From contig OZ024743.1 of assembly GCA_964016885.1 (NCBI GenBank), positions 63,798,001-63,862,000 on the forward strand: 64,000 bases of DNA, in the 5' to 3' direction. Shown here piece after piece: positions 37,701 to 52,105 of this stretch. The translations under genes were made by a program, and so were the position numbers. The notes beneath the pieces were generated by a model. It was not told the origin of the DNA, did no database searches, and saw nothing but the letters and a program-made list of their open reading frames with translations. The DNA comes from Eledone cirrhosa (lineage: Eukaryota). The stretch's first letter is position 1. Each line of letters begins with the position of its first letter.

Positions 37701-38785
37701 GAGGGTGCTCTGAAAGTACAGTCGCTAGAGTCAGAACTGGATGGAAAAAGTTCAGAGAGCTTATACCACTATTAGCCGCTAAAGAGTTCTCTCTAAAAAT
37801 GAAAGGCAGGCTGTATAATGCCTGCATACGGACAGCAATGTTACATGGCAATGAGACCTGGGCATTGTGTGCAGAGGATATCCGCAGACTGGAGAGGAAC
37901 GAAGCTTGCATGCTTCGCTGGATGTGTATTAGTAATATGCGTGAATGGCAAAGCATAAACGAACTAAGGGAAAAATTAGAAATAAGAGGGATCAGATGTT
38001 GTTTATTCGAGAGAAGACTACGTTGGTATGGACACGTGATGCGCATGAAAGACGACAGCTGTATAAAAAAGTGCAGGGCAATAAAGATAGACGGTAGCCA
38101 CGGAGTAGGCAGACCCAGAAAAACCTGGGACGACTTGATAAATTCCGACCTCACACACTTACACCTCTCCAAGACAATGTCACTGGACCGAGATCTTTGG
38201 CGCTACACAGTAATACAGAAGACCCGCCTTACCTAAGTACAAAGTGAAACCTACTACAGTCAGTAGGCACCTCTAACAAAAATACACCCCCGTCCCACTA
38301 CCCCCACCCCATCCACACCACCCCTTTCAATGTAAAGTTATGTTGGTACCACAACATCCAGTCCGAAACAAATGAGGTCGTGTAGGTGTCACGACAAAAA
38401 AACACACAGTCCACGCTGTAATGTGGCTGTGTAGGTAACACGGTAAAAACCTCCCAGTCCACACTGTAAACGTGGTTGGTGTTAGGAAGGACATCCAGCC
38501 GTAGAAAACCCGCCAGACAGTCCTATGCGAGCAAGACAACCACTCTTGCCTCAAGTGGGAAAACTCCCGTCCAAACCCATGCAAGCGTGGAAGATGGACG
38601 TTAAACGATGATGATGATGATGATACATATGGAAAATCCTGGGGGGACTAAGACCAAACTTTCGCATTGAGAGCTGGACCAATTCTCGAACAGGACGTCA
38701 CTGTGTGGTACCAAAGGTCGCGTCTTCCACATCTAGAATCAGGAGCAGCTACTGCAATAGCCTGGGGTTCAAAGGCCCTCAACTT
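34700..38785 (+). mobile_element. CR1-like LINE fragment (34700-34873 and 38623-38785) split by the RTE insertion
   Basis: The two halves join into the reverse complement of ~41835-42155 (..YWERLKELKLYS..ERYAxI|YIWKIL..). Confidence 0.8.
34874..38622 (+). mobile_element. Apparently full-length RTE LINE (APE-RT) with frameshifts and an internal RT deletion
   Basis: ORFs 35228..36592 (APE) and 36785..38236 (RT, YADD). LEKAFD|GEEFSV lacks the RVPR..SKVR block. (GAT)n tail at ~38607-38622. Ends defined by the interrupted CR1. Confidence 0.93.
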
Positions 38786-38857
38786 GGTTTTCAAAATTTA
38801 AATTTGTGTTTCCTATTCACCAATGCTTCAAGCGAGCTATAAAACTCTGTTATATTT

Positions 38858-39238
38858 CATCATCATTTGATGTCAGTTCTTCTACGCTAGCATGGGTTGT
38901 CCTGTTGTGGGCAGTGTCCGGTCGGCTGACCTTTTTTTTGCTCATACGGGAACTGATTCTGTCTTGATTTCTATAGCTGGATGCCCTTCCTAACACCAAC
39001 CTCATTTACAGTGAGTGCTGGGTGTTTTTTTGTTTTTTTTTGCCGTGGCACCTCCACGACCACTTTGCAGTGGAATGCTAGGGACCCCAGTCCTATCATC
39101 TCATTTCTACAGCTGAGTAAACTGGAGCAATGTGAAATAAAGTGTCTTGCTCAAGGAAACAACACATCACCCGGTCCGAGAATTAAACTCACAACCTTTC
39201 AATTGCAAGCCCAATGCTCTAACCACTGAGCCACGTCC
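38858..39238 (-). mobile_element. tRNA-derived SINE, same family as 24270-24577
   Basis: Reverse complement has tRNA head, aagtgtcttgctcaagga core and RTE tail. Confidence 0.8.
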
Positions 39239-39254
39239 CTTCTATTGTTGGCAA

Positions 39255-40215
39255 TGTTAGGTCAGGTGACCATGTCTTGCTCATAAAGAACTGATTTTGG
39301 CTTGGTTTCTACAGCTGGATGCCCTTCCTAATGCCAAGCTTATTTACAGTGAGTACTGGGTGTTTTTTGTTGTGATTCCTCCACGACTTCTTTACAGTGT
39401 GGACGGTGTTTTTTACCGTGTCACCATCACGACCACTTTACAGTGTTTCGGCCTGTTCTCATGAAATATATATTGGTGGCTGGGATGGAGTGGTGCATAC
39501 TGTATGTATGTTTCAGCCTTGGCCTGGGCCCGTAGGAAGTTGGGGTTTCTGTATTACCTCATAATGCCAAATATCTTGGTCCTGTGACATTGCCTTTCAG
39601 AGGTGCAATTGGGCAAGGTCGGCTTTTATCACTTCATCTCAAGTCTTCCTGGGACTTTATGTAGCTGTCATCCTTCATACAAATCACATGCCCATACCAA
39701 CATAATCTCCTCTCCTGCACACAACATTTAATTCCTCTTATGCCTAGTTTCTCATTCAGTTTGTTTATGATTTGCTGTTCGCGTATATTACTATTACACA
39801 TCCATCGGAGCATACAAGCTTCATTCCTTTCTAATCTATGCAAGTCTTCTACACACAGCGCCCAGCTCTCACTACCAAGCAACATTGCCGTTCATATGCA
39901 CACATCATACAGTCTACCTTTTATTCTGAGGGAAAAGCCTTTTGTATCCAGCTGTGGCAGTAGCTCCCTCAACTTCTTCCATCCCGTTCTTTCAGAATAC
40001 CCCCCTCCGCTGCTAATTCGGTATTGATTTTACCAAGTCCTCCCGGACTTTGATGTCACTTGTTTTCAGTGATTGTTTGCTGCTTACTGTCCTGGTGCAA
40101 CTGCTACATGTAAAGCCTACATTCTTAACTAAACTTCCTGAGATCCCACTACATCTCTTGTGTACCCATAGTTTGCATATGGGACAGAGGATGGAGTTTC
40201 TACCTACACCTCTCA
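39255..40215 (-). mobile_element. Degenerate RTE LINE 3' portion
   Basis: ORFs 39634..39885 and 40013..40231 (GVGRNSILCPICKLWVHKRC). Confidence 0.85.
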
Positions 40216-40251
40216 CACACATATATAACACACACTCACATATATATATAT

Positions 40252-41062
40252 ACTAGCCGAATTACCAGCGCCTTGCTGCGTTTCACACATTTTTTTTGTA
40301 AGAAAATGATGATTGATTTTAAATCAGTGATATAATTTATGGAGAAAAACTTAATATTACTCAATGTAAAATATAATGCATGAAAAATTGGAAAACATCA
40401 TTTTTTGTAATATATCAAATCAAAATTGCATTATTAAATCTTATTCTTATTTTGTTTCTTGTAAATAATTTTTTTCAAAATATCAATTGAAAACTTTTGT
40501 GAATAGGCATCATATCTTGTCATTTACCTATGGTTTCATATAAATCGAAAGGGAAAAGTTTTCAGCGGGAGTTTGTACCCCCGGGGAACCCTAATAGGGG
40601 GTTTAACCACCATTAAGGTGTCTTATAGTATTGAAATTTTGTGAATAGGCATCATATCTCTTCATTTATCTATGGTTTAAATTGCATATAAATCGAACCG
40701 AAAAAATTTTCAGCGGGGATTTTGTGCCCCCTGGTGAACCCTAATAGGGGTTTAACCCCCATTAAGGTATTGTAATTTTATTGAAATTTGCTGAAATGAT
40801 GTGAATAGGCATCATATCTTGTCATTTACCTATGGTTTAAATTTCATATAAATCGAAGGTAAAGTTTCAGCGGCGGTTCTGTGCCCCCGATGAACCCTTT
40901 GATTAAAATGAAATATACATATACAAGTACCCTGGGCAATGTAGTTTCAGAATATATATGGTTATGGGGGTCTATCTCCAAAACCATAGGAGGAGTTCGT
41001 AAAATCTTGTTCCATTTATTGGCCAAACTTTTCACTATAGGGCGTTTTAATATTATTGAAAT
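40252..41062 (-). mobile_element. Non-autonomous Helitron-like element with internal tandem subrepeats
   Basis: Minus strand ends cgcagcaaggcgctg..CTAG|T; three repeats of gtgaataggcatcatatc..atataaatcgaa..cagcgg. Confidence 0.6.
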
Positions 41063-41064
41063 TT

Positions 41065-41205
<141 letters not shown>

Positions 41206-41208
41206 CAA

Positions 41209-41239
<31 letters not shown>

Positions 41240-41579
41240 CAAACACATACACACACATATATATATATACATACACAAACACACACACACATACACAAAC
41301 ACACACACACATATTTATATCTTTTAGCAGAGCATTTTAATATTGCCACTCAATGAAAACCCTTTGTTTGTTTGGAATAAATGAATCTTGAAAATTAGGA
41401 GTGCCTGTCAATGTGTATGTGTTTGTCTACTTAGCATCAATTTACTACCCTCCCTACCACCAGAAAATGTATAACTACCACCATATTACATTGACAGTCG
41501 GCTTTTCTGATGATTTCCTCCGAATGAAACAGTTCTAGTCTTGTTGAAGCCATTTCTATATTAAATATATATATATACT

Positions 41580-42192
41580 CTTTTAGCTGTTCCAGCCATC
41601 CGGCTGAGACCATGATTGGGTACTGCCCTTGTTGCTACACATTCTATCTCCAGCCTGTGTTGGCTGGCCATTCATGTAAGAGGGAGTTCGTTGCTGCTGC
41701 CCTTAGGTTACCTTCGTACCGTGATGTGGGCTCATCCGGGATCCTGGATAACAGGGTGTCGAGAAGTTTCTTGAAAATATCCACGGCCACACCATGTAGA
41801 TCTCTCAAATCCCTCGGCAGTTTGTTGAAGAGTTGAGGGCCTTTGAACCTCAGTCTATTGCAATATCTGCTTCTTGTTCTAGATGTGGAAGACGGGACCT
41901 TTGTCACCACACAGTGAGGTCCTGTTCGGGGGTTGGTCCCGCTCTCAATACCAAAGTTTGGCGCTAGTCCCTCCAGGATTTTCCATATGTATATCACTGC
42001 ATATCTCTCCCGTCTTCGTTCCAAGGAGTAGAGTTTCAGTTCTTTTAGCCTCTCCCAGTAACTCATCTCCTTCATCGTGCAATCCTCTTGGTGTAGCTTC
42101 GTTGGATTGTCTCAAGTTCCGTGGTTAGTTTGATACTATGGGGTGACCACAGCTGGGAGAAATAGTCCAGGCGGCTTAGGACAAATGGCCTT
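41580..42192 (-). mobile_element. CR1-like LINE 3' fragment
   Basis: ORF 41644..42075 SYWERLKELKLYSLERRRER..FNKLP..FKKLLD; upstream LDYFSQLWSP. Confidence 0.85.
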
Positions 42193-42403
42193 CATAGTAT
42201 CAACATGGTCTCCCGGTCTCTTATATAAAAAACCTCAAATAAAAAGTCAAGATTTGTTTAGATTTAACAGAGCAGAAAGAATTCGCGTCAGAATATTCCA
42301 ACCAATCCAGCCTATATCAGCTGAATAAATATGTATATGGAGATATATATATACACACCCACATGCACATATATATATATATACACACACGCACGCACAC
42401 ACA

Positions 42404-42434
<31 letters not shown>

Positions 42435-43086
42435 TCAAACACACACATACATACACGCATGCATGCATACATGATGGCTTCCCCCTCATTATCGAGTATG
42501 ACCATTGCACGATATTCCATTATTAATAATTATTAATTAATTCTATCGTGCAATGCCTGTGCATGAAGATATTTTTTTAAATGAGGAAAGATTGTGCACT
42601 GAGCCAATCCCACTCCCTGGTTTTATATCGGAGTTATCCCAGTTTCCTGAGTTGCCTTCTCCTAGAAGAATGCCCTGACAAAGGTTAGGGGTCCTTCACT
42701 CCCAGTGGTTTAACCGCGCAATCGGGTGTCCAGCCCGATTATTTCTATGTCCCCGCGCATGTACATACACATGCACCCATGTATATACACATATACATAT
42801 ACATACATATGTACATGTGTATATACATATTTACACACTTTTGGGTGGCCGTTGATTCTTATGAGATCTTCCGCCCTTTGTCAGGTTTTGTTTTTTGTCC
42901 TGCAGGGTGTCCAAAATCACCCTCCTCACCAAGTAAACTTGGTGGGGTTGCTGGTTTAGTCGCCGATGACCCGACCATGCGACAGGTTGTACTGGGTTAC
43001 ATGTTACCAATAGCACTCAAGAGTGACCCGACATACATACATACATACATACATACATACATACATACATACATACATACTACATG

Positions 43087-45547
43087 ATGGCTGCAAACTC
43101 GTGTTCAAATATTGCCATCGCCCGATAAAATGTTCAAAAATGTGAAGCACAAATGTGACTCTTTAAACCAGCCAAATACTTGCACCCTCTGGCACACACA
43201 TGGCAACTTTAGGCTCCCCCGAAACCTTCCATTGTTTTGTTCTGGCTGTATGTTCACATGTATCTTTTAAGACCTCCCATGCTTGTACATTTCTTACACC
43301 TTTTCAGATCATAATCTACATGAGGTCTACTGATATGACTTTGTTCATGTCTAATCAAACCAGCTTTACTCGACCACAGTGCTGGCAAACCAGATGATGT
43401 TCAACAGCAGGCAGTTCAGAATAGTCTCAATCCTCACCTTCCTTTTCAGTGTTAGGTGTTCTCTCCGACGAGTTTCAAAGTGTTCACCACCTGACTTGAT
43501 CAAACGTCTCCACTTCACACGCTCGTCAGCCAATTTCTCCCATTCGTCAGATGAAATTCCAGCACAAGCCAAGGTGCCCCTGATACAGTCCCGGTACCGC
43601 CTTTTTGGTTTATTTGGTGGTCGCCTTCCTTCACACAGTTCTCCATAGAGAAGTTGCTTTGGAATATGATCATCAGACATCCTGACCACGTGACTGCACC
43701 ACCTCAACCGATGCCAAAAGATCATCCTCTCTATAATAGTCACGCACCTGCTCCGTTCTAGAACTTCCAAATCACTGGCGAACATTTTCCACCACACCCC
43801 AAGTAACTTATGAAGAGATTGTTGGTGAAATCTCTCCAGATCCTTGAGGTGCTTTCTGTATGTGACCCACGTTTCACAAACATAAAGTATAGAGGAGACG
43901 ACACAAGTCAGATACACTTTCACCTTGGTTTCGATAGTGACACCTCGTCTAGACCATAAACATTGATGCAGCCGTCCAAAAGCATCACTGGCTTTCTTGA
44001 TTTTTAAGGATATTTCATTATCATGTGTGCATGAAGTGTTCAACGTACTACCAAGGTAAACAAACTTGTCAGCAACTTTTAGCCTCTTTCCGTACACGTA
44101 CACACTTGGTGCAGTGTACTCGTTTCCAGGTACTGGCTGATACATCACAACAGTCTTTTCCAAGCTTATTGTGACGCCCAAAGTGCTGCAAGCTGCAGAA
44201 AAAGAGTTCATAATATGCTGCATGTCACTTTGTGAGTGTGCAAAAAGATCGCAGTCATCTGCATACAAAAACTCTCAGATTAATACCTTTGTGCTTGTAC
44301 CAACGCGCCTGGTGTTGAACAACCTTCCTGAAGTGCGATACCTGATGTAAACCCCATGAGAACAATATTTGAATGCCATGAGAAACACTATCGTAAAATA
44401 TAAGGAAAACAGAGTTGGAACCGGAATGTCCCCCTGCTTCACTCCATTTTCAACTGATATTGGTTCAGAGATGCTACCACCAATACTGACCAAAGCCTTC
44501 ATGTCATCATGGAAAAGATGCAGAATATTCTACCCTACCTTGGATTTTTTTCCCACAACGCAGTTCGATTGACAGTGTCAAAGGCCTTTGTCAAGTCAAC
44601 AAAGACCTGGTAAAGGTCCATACATTGTTCGATACACTTTTCTTGCAGCTGCCGAGCAGAAACGATCATATCCACTGTTCCTCTTTCGTTTCTGAACCCA
44701 CACTGCGACTCAGGCAACACATTCAGAGCAACTCTTGGGATCAATCTATCTATCAATATTCGACACGACTTTACCAACTACCGAAAGAAGGGATATGACA
44801 TGATAATTGCCACATTTGTCCTTGCCGTCCTTTCCTTTATGGAGAATCACCATGAGCGCATCCTTCTTGTGGGACATTCTCATCTTTCCACACCATTTTC
44901 ATGAGGTCAGTCAGGCGCTGCGTGAAGTTTTCACCACCACACTTCAAAACCGCTCCACTCAGACCATCCATACCAGGAGACTTACCACAGTTCAGCTTAT
45001 GCACAACAGAAGTCCCCTCTGCAAGAGAAGATACATTAGCCATCTCATATGCTTCACTGGTTCAATAGGAATGGAACAAATGAAATCATTATCAACCTGG
45101 GATGGCTGGTTTAAGAGCTCATCAAAGTGATCTCTCTATCTGTCGAGTGTCTTTTGGGTCGCGCAGTAATTGCTTGCCATCTTTCGATCTCAAAGGGGCC
45201 ACTGGAGAGCTGAAAGGGCCATACACCTCTGTGAGTAGAAAGTGCGGCAGTTTCACATTGCCGTCAGATGCCACTTGAACTTCATCTGCTTTGTTGCTCC
45301 ACCAGGTATTTTGCATAGCCCTGAGTTTCACCTGCACTTCCTTCTTTACCTGTCTGTAACGCTCATAATTGTCACCAACAGAGCTACCACCTTTAAGAAC
45401 TGCATCAAGTGTCTTTTGTTTTCTGTCTAGCAGAGCCTTGACCTCCTGGTCATTCTCATCAAACCAGTCCTTGTTTTCTTGTGACAAAGCCAAGGACCTC
45501 TGCTGAAGCCTCATAGACCGAGCTCCTGAAGTCCTTCCAATTGTTCT
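43087..45547 (-). mobile_element. RTE-BovB-like LINE, degenerate
   Basis: LPESQCGFR, FVDLTKAFDTVNR, GVKQGD, YADDC, FVYLGS, RLRW..HVVRM..PKQLLYGEL. Confidence 0.9.
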
Positions 45548-46269
45548 CATACACGCATTCATACTTACATATATACATGTATACATACATGCATACATCC
45601 ATCCATCCATCCATACATGTATACACACATACATACATCCATCCATCCATACGTGTATACATACATACAATGGTTAAAGTGTTTGACTGACGACCATAAG
45701 TTCATGGGTTCATATTTGGGACCGGGTAGTTATTGAATCAACCTGATATCAATGTTTATTATACAGCACACTTCCTCTTTGGTATAATATGACATATAGT
45801 AATATCTAACATAGTACCCATCTAATCTGTTATAATATGATTTACCTTTCCTCTGTGAAGGCACATGCCTTATGGGTTACGGTACTGGACTAACTATTAT
45901 AAAGTCATGGGCTCGTTTCTTCGATTCTGCAGCATGTTGCGTCCTTCAGTAAAATACTTTAGTTCGAGTAGCATCTTCTACCAGGACTTGTGGCAGACAG
46001 ATAATATCAGTAATGGAAAAAACCTTGTTTCATTAGTATGACCTGGAAATCAGTTCCACTCTATTTATCTTCTTTATTAAAGGCAATCAAATTATTTTTT
46101 ATTTTATTCTTTTTCTTATTTTTCCATGTTTGTTAAATAAATTCAAAAAAATCGAACTAAATTGAAATTTTGTAATAAAATGTCCATAAAAGTTAATGTT
46201 TACAATACAATAAAATGTAATAAAATGTATTGAAGTCGACGAAATGTGGACCTTCATTTTTGAAAGATG

Positions 46270-46518
46270 GATAATGCTATAAGCAAACCTTACAATATTG
46301 TACCACAATTTTCCTTTGTGCAAAATTTAGGAAAGGATAGGAGATTCTTGAAGATGACCCAATGTCTGGACGTCCTACAATTGCCACTACCGAGGAAAAC
46401 ATTGATCTCAGTACTGCAACACCGATGGAAGAAGTGTGTGGAACGCAAGAGAGACTATGTTGAGAAATAAACCTCATTTGGTCATATTCTATGAGAGTAT
46501 CTTTGTCAACCCTCGTAT
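46270..46518 (+). mobile_element. Internally deleted mariner-like transposon remnant
   Basis: LEDDPxSGRP..TTEENID joined to LQHRWKKCV....DYVEK*; ends ..caaccctcg-TA. Confidence 0.75.
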
Positions 46519-46552
46519 CTATGCGCAATATACGTAAAGATACAGAATTGCG

Positions 46553-46891
46553 GGCACTACAACGCTATTAGCTGTCATATTTGTTGGTGAAAAAAATTTG
46601 ATTATAAAACTTAAATTTATGAATGACTTGTTTTCTACATTGATAACCATGACTTGTTTTCTAATTAACTTAAATTTGTTTTCTAATTTGGCCCTTTTAA
46701 GGGCCACCTATATTTTCATTTAAGTAACTCCACTTACATCGATATGCTTTAATATAAAAAATAAAAAACGCGTGAAAACTCCACTTACGCGTGGTGGTAG
46801 TAATACGGAAATAAACGATGACGAATGACGTCACCTTCGCCTGCTTTCATCGGCTGCTTTCACGACTGACAGCTAATAGCGTTGTAGTGCC
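46553..46891. mobile_element. MITE with 25-bp TIRs
   Basis: ggcactacaacgctattagctgtca ... tgacagctaatagcgttgtagtgcc. Confidence 0.8.
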
Positions 46892-47286
46892 AAAAATATA
46901 TACACACTTTGATTACCTGTACAGGCAATATTTATTAGAATGCTGTTGAAGTGTGTATACATTTTTGGGACACCCCCTATATATATTAATAGTTTAAGTT
47001 GAAAAAATGTTTATTTTGAAAAGGACTATAAATGCCATAATTGAAAGGAAAAGTAAGAACTACTAGACAAAGGAAGAAAGAAAAGGAGAAGGGTAAACGG
47101 TGATAGACTCTACACCTAGGTCAGAGCAGTGTTTGGGTTGCACCTCGTGGACATAATGGCAAAGGCTTGCCTGTGAACAACGGCCAGCGACACACTGAAA
47201 CAGCTACCTACCTCATGTGGCTCCTTCCTCAGACACTTTTGTATAGTTATACTACAGGATTTTAGGTGACATTACAGCCATAATGC

Positions 47287-47473
47287 AGTGAAATTCTATT
47301 ATAACGAAATTGACAGAGTGTAAAAAAAAATTTGTTGTAACGAAAAATTCTTTATTACGAGATCGCCCAAAACAAATCGAGTGCTTGTTAGTTATTACCT
47401 CGGGGATTGAAAAAAATTTCGTTGTACTGAAAAATTCGTTATAATGGTATTTGTTATAATAGAATTATACCTG
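47287..47473. mobile_element. pogo/Tigger-like MITE
   Basis: cagtgaaattctattataac ... gttataatagaattatacctg-ta. Confidence 0.6.
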
Positions 47474-48131
47474 TATTATATATTTATACAACAGAACACA
47501 TGTGGGTGAATTAGCAGAGTTGTTAAAGTGTTGAATTTGATATTTTGGTATTTGTTCTGGCAGTCTACTTTGTAAAGTGGTAGTGTCAGACTCATGATAA
47601 ACATAATCCCAGAACACGTTGTTAAGTATTTGGCATTAGGAAAGGCATCCAGCCATAGAAACTAAGCCATAACAAAGTATACTAGCAGGACCTACATCCT
47701 TGACCAGTCTGGTCTCAGCCAATGACAGCCATCTAATCCATGCAAGCATTAAAAATAGACATTAAACGATGATGGTGATGACGATCATGATGAATTAACA
47801 CTCAGTTAACATCCCACTGAAGTCAACTTTGCCATTTACCCTTATGGGGTTGATTAAGAAAAAGAAAAAAGGAACAAAATATCAGTTGGGAAGGGGGTGG
47901 GTTAGTGTGTCAACAGAGATGGTGTGTGTGTGTTATACCATGTCTCTAGCCTTATCGGAGTGGAGTTGGCTGCCCACAGGTGTGATCCCAGCGAGGTGGG
48001 GTGGCTGTTAGCATGTTTCCCTCACCATCCTCCACAGCAATGCATTCTCCATTCTGTTGGCTGGAGGCTTCACTGGATGTATACATCAGCTTGTCCTCAT
48101 GGGAGATGTATGGGAATGGGTGGGGTGGGGT

Positions 48132-50392
48132 CATCATCATCATCATCATCATCACCGTTTTACGTCCGTTCTTCCATGCTAGCATGGGTTAGACGGGTTG
48201 TCCTGTTGTGGGCAGTGTCTGGTCGGCTGACTATGCCTTGCTCATACAGGAACTGATTTTAGCTTGATTTCTACAGCTGGATGCCCTTCCTAACACCAAC
48301 CTCATTTAAAGTGAGTGCTGGGTGCTTTTTCCGTGGCGCCTACACGTCCACTTTACAGTGTAGGCTGGGTGCTTTTTTGCCGTGGCACCTCCACGACCAC
48401 TTTGCAGTGGGAGGGTGTGGGGCATATTGTCTATATGCTTCAGCTTGTACCCAGGGGAGGTCGGGTACTCTGTATTACTGCGTGACGCCAGAGGTCACAG
48501 TCGTGTGTCATCGCCTTTGAGAGGTGTAATTGGGTAAGGTCGGCTTTTATCACCTCATCCCAGGTCATCTTGGGTCTCCCCACTCCGCGGTTTCCATTGA
48601 CTTCTAGTGCTCTGCACCTTTTTATGCAGCTGTCATCCTTCATACGCATCACATGTCTATACCAACGCAACCGCCTCTCCTGCACACAGCATTTGATTCC
48701 TCTTATGCTCAGTCTCTCTCTCAATTTATGTTTGTCGTTCGCGTATATTACTATTACACATCCATCGGAGCATGCAGGCTTCGTTTCTTTCTAATCTACG
48801 TAAGTCTTTCACCTTCAGCGCCCAGGTCTCACTACCATGTAACATTGCTGTTCGGATACACGCATCATACAGTCTGCCTTTCATTTTGAGGGAGAAGCCT
48901 TTTGCAGCTAGCAGTGGCAGTAGTTCCCTGAACTTCTTCCATCCCGTTCTTACCCTAGTTATTGTACTTTCTGAACACCCACCACCGCTGCTAATTCGGT
49001 CACCTAGGTAGCAGAAGCTGTCTACTATTTCTACAGAGCCCTCCCAGAGATTGGTGGTACTTGTTTCCTGTGGCTGTTTGCTGCTTGCTGTCCCAGCACA
49101 GCTGCTGCATGTGAAGCCTACATTCTTAATTAAGCTTCCTGAGATCCCGCTACATCTCTTGTGTACCCATTGTTTGCATTTGGGGCAGAGAATGGAGTTC
49201 CTACCTACACCTTTCCTACATACTGAGCAAGGCCATTTCCCTGAGGGGATCTGGGTTCTGTTTTCTCGTCTACTTACAAGGACCTTAGTCTTTGTCATGT
49301 TGACTTTGAGACCCTTTCTTTCTAGTCCCTGCTTCCAAGTTTGGAATTTCTTCTCTAGTTCTACCATAGATTCAGCTATAAGTGCGATGTCATCAGCATA
49401 CAGGAGTTCCCATGTGCATCCGGTCTTAAACTCCTCCGTTATTGCCTGCAGGACTATGATGAACAGGAGAGGGCTAAGAACAGAGCCCTGGTGGACACCA
49501 ACCTGTACGCTAAATTCCTTGTTATACTCATTGCTAATCCTAACTTTTGTAGCAAGCAGTAGTAGCAGCTCCTTGAACTTCTTCCATCCCATTCTTACTC
49601 TGGTTACTGTACTTTCAGAACACCCACATCTGCTGCTAATTTGGTCGCCCAGGTATCAGAAGCTGTCTACTGTTTCTTCCAAACCATCCCAGAATTTGAT
49701 AGCACGTATTCCCTTTGGTCGTTTGCTACTTACTCTCCCGATGCAACCACTACATGTAAAGCTTACCTTCTTAGCTAAACTTCCTGAGATCCCACTACAC
49801 CGCTTGTGTATCTATAGTTTGCATTTGGGGCAGAAGATGGAATTTCTACCTACACCTTTCATATATACTGAGCAAAGCCATTTCCCTGGGGGAATCAGGG
49901 TTCTGTTTTCTCTTTTGGTTACTTAGTATTTGTCAGGTTGACAAATGTTTCTAGGCCCTGCTTCCATGTTTGGAATTTCCTCTCCAGTTCCACCATAGAT
50001 TCCACTCTGAGAGTGACATCATCCATGTACAGGTGTTCTCAAGGGCTAAGAACAGAGCCCTGGTGGACGCCAACCTGCACCCTAATTTCCTCGCTATTGT
50101 TAATCCTAACTTTGCTGACTGCTCCCCTATACATGGCTCGTACAGCCTTCACAAGCCACTCATCTACTCCTAGTTTTCTAAGAGCCCACCAAATTATGGC
50201 ACAGGGCACACTGTTGAAAGCTTTCTCCAGATCAACAAATGCCAGGTAGAGTGGCTTACTTTTAGCAAGGTACTTTTCCTGCAGCTACCTCACCAGAAAG
50301 AAAGCATCTAGGGTGTTTTTTCCTGTTACAAATCCGAACTGCATCTCACCTAGATTTACTGAGTTTCTAATCAGCTATGCTATAAGTCTTTC
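48132..50392 (-). mobile_element. RTE LINE: younger truncated copy (48132-49546) abutting an older degenerate copy (49547-50392)
   Basis: ORF 48726..49592 is nearly identical to 62184..63809; the PHD/YADD region recurs in diverged form at 49550-50390. Confidence 0.9.
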
Positions 50393-50403
50393 TATATATA
50401 TAT

Positions 50404-50742
50404 ACTAGCAGATTTACTCGGCGTTGCTCGGGGTTTGAAATTATGCTAAGAATATACAGCTACGAAGTAAAAGAGGTCTCCATATCTCACTCTCTTTATA
50501 AGGATTGTCAATAAAGTTGGTTATCTCCCTTACACCGATAATTTTACTACCGATAATTTTGATATCGATTTTTTATTGTTCAACGTGGATCGATTGGAAA
50601 AATGTTTGTGATGTGACCATATTAGCGACCTGTGCAACGTGCACATAAAATTTTGTCAAATTCGCTTGGTAATTGTAAAAGCCTTAGGCATCCAAAGTTG
50701 TACACAGACGCACACACATCATCGCTTTTATATATATTAAGA
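50404..50742 (-). mobile_element. Non-autonomous Helitron-like element
   Basis: Minus strand A|TCttaatatata ... cccgagcaacgccgag..CTAG|T. Confidence 0.65.
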
Positions 50743-50789
50743 TAGGTAAAAATCCAATCGCCAAATAGTTTTGACTTATCAGCACCACA

Positions 50790-50894
<105 letters not shown>

Positions 50895-51220
50895 TCTGTG
50901 GACATACTTTATAGTATATTGCTCTGATTATTTAATTTATTAATTCATCATTGAGCCACATCGTGAATGGTTGCCAAAACATATATATCTGTGACTTTGT
51001 CTAGTTTGCGTATATGTAAATCTTTATATTTAATAATCTCCCATAAGGTTGAGATGCAATTTGGGCAATATTGGGCTGCGCTTTCTAACAACCAGCCCAC
51101 TCGCCGTAAGCAACCAATCACATTCTTTCTAACTTGACCACTGCCACGTCACAGTTCTTAGCCATTTTGAATTCGTTTCTGGCGGGGATCACTTAAGAAA
51201 ATTCTTTGTCCAAATGAGTT

Positions 51221-51303
51221 TGTTTCCTGATGAGTTCGAAGCTCGAGATTTTATCTTTAATAGGATATTTCCGAAAGCGAACGAAACTCTAAGGGTAGAA
51301 ACG
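51221..51303 (+). ncRNA. Type I hammerhead ribozyme, canonical core
   Basis: gtttc-CTGATGA-gttcg..cgaac-GAAA-ctc(taa)ggg-TA-gaaac; stems I, II and III all pair; GUA cleavage triplet at 51295-51297. Confidence 0.85.
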
Positions 51304-51603
51304 TAATCCTGGTATGTGTATATACATTTTTTCTTCTAACTTTAATTTTATACCTAATTTTGTATGGTTGACGATATATTTAATCGATTTCCACGTGCTA
51401 CTGAAATGTTGGGTAAATATTCTACAGCAGTTGGTCGCGAATAGATTGCTGTCGTTTATTTATCTACTATTTCTTCATAGGTGCCTTTTAATCTTATAGC
51501 CTGGTTTAATTGATTTTTGTGTGGTTAATTATGCTAATTGGGAGAGGAAATGGTGTATATATATTATCAAATGATTCTATGGACATACTTTATAGTATAT
51601 ATA

Positions 51604-51682
<79 letters not shown>

Positions 51683-51789
51683 CGTGTGTGTATGTGTATG
51701 TATGAATGTATGTATATATTTGGGTGTGTCTATGCAGTGTACCTGAGTATTTGGGTGTGTATATGTTAAACCATCTGGAATATGATAGA

Positions 51790-52105
51790 GTAGTGGTGTT
51801 GATGAGGTCAGTATGTACAATATCGATGGGATTGGTGGTGGTAGTGGTGAGAGTGGTGGTGGTGGTGGGGTGGTGTTAGTGGCGGTGCTGGCGGCGGTGG
51901 TGGTAGCAGTGTTGGTCATGGTGGCTGTTGTTGTTGGTGGTAGTCTTGGTGGCGGTGGTGAGAGTGGTGGTGTTGGTGGTAGTGGTGGTGGTGGTGGTGG
52001 TGGTGGTGGTAGCAGTGGTGGTCATGATGGCTGTGTTGTTGGTGGTGGTGGTCCAGATGGTAGTGGTGATAATGGTGGTGTTGGTGGTGGTGGTTGCGGT
52101 GGTGT
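51790..52105. repeat. (GGT)n low-complexity tract
   Basis: Directly visible. Confidence 0.9.

Noticed and set aside
49051-49926. 291-aa plus-strand ORF and similar ones (62800..63429, 33642..34019)
   Set aside because: Antisense shadows of the RTE RT.
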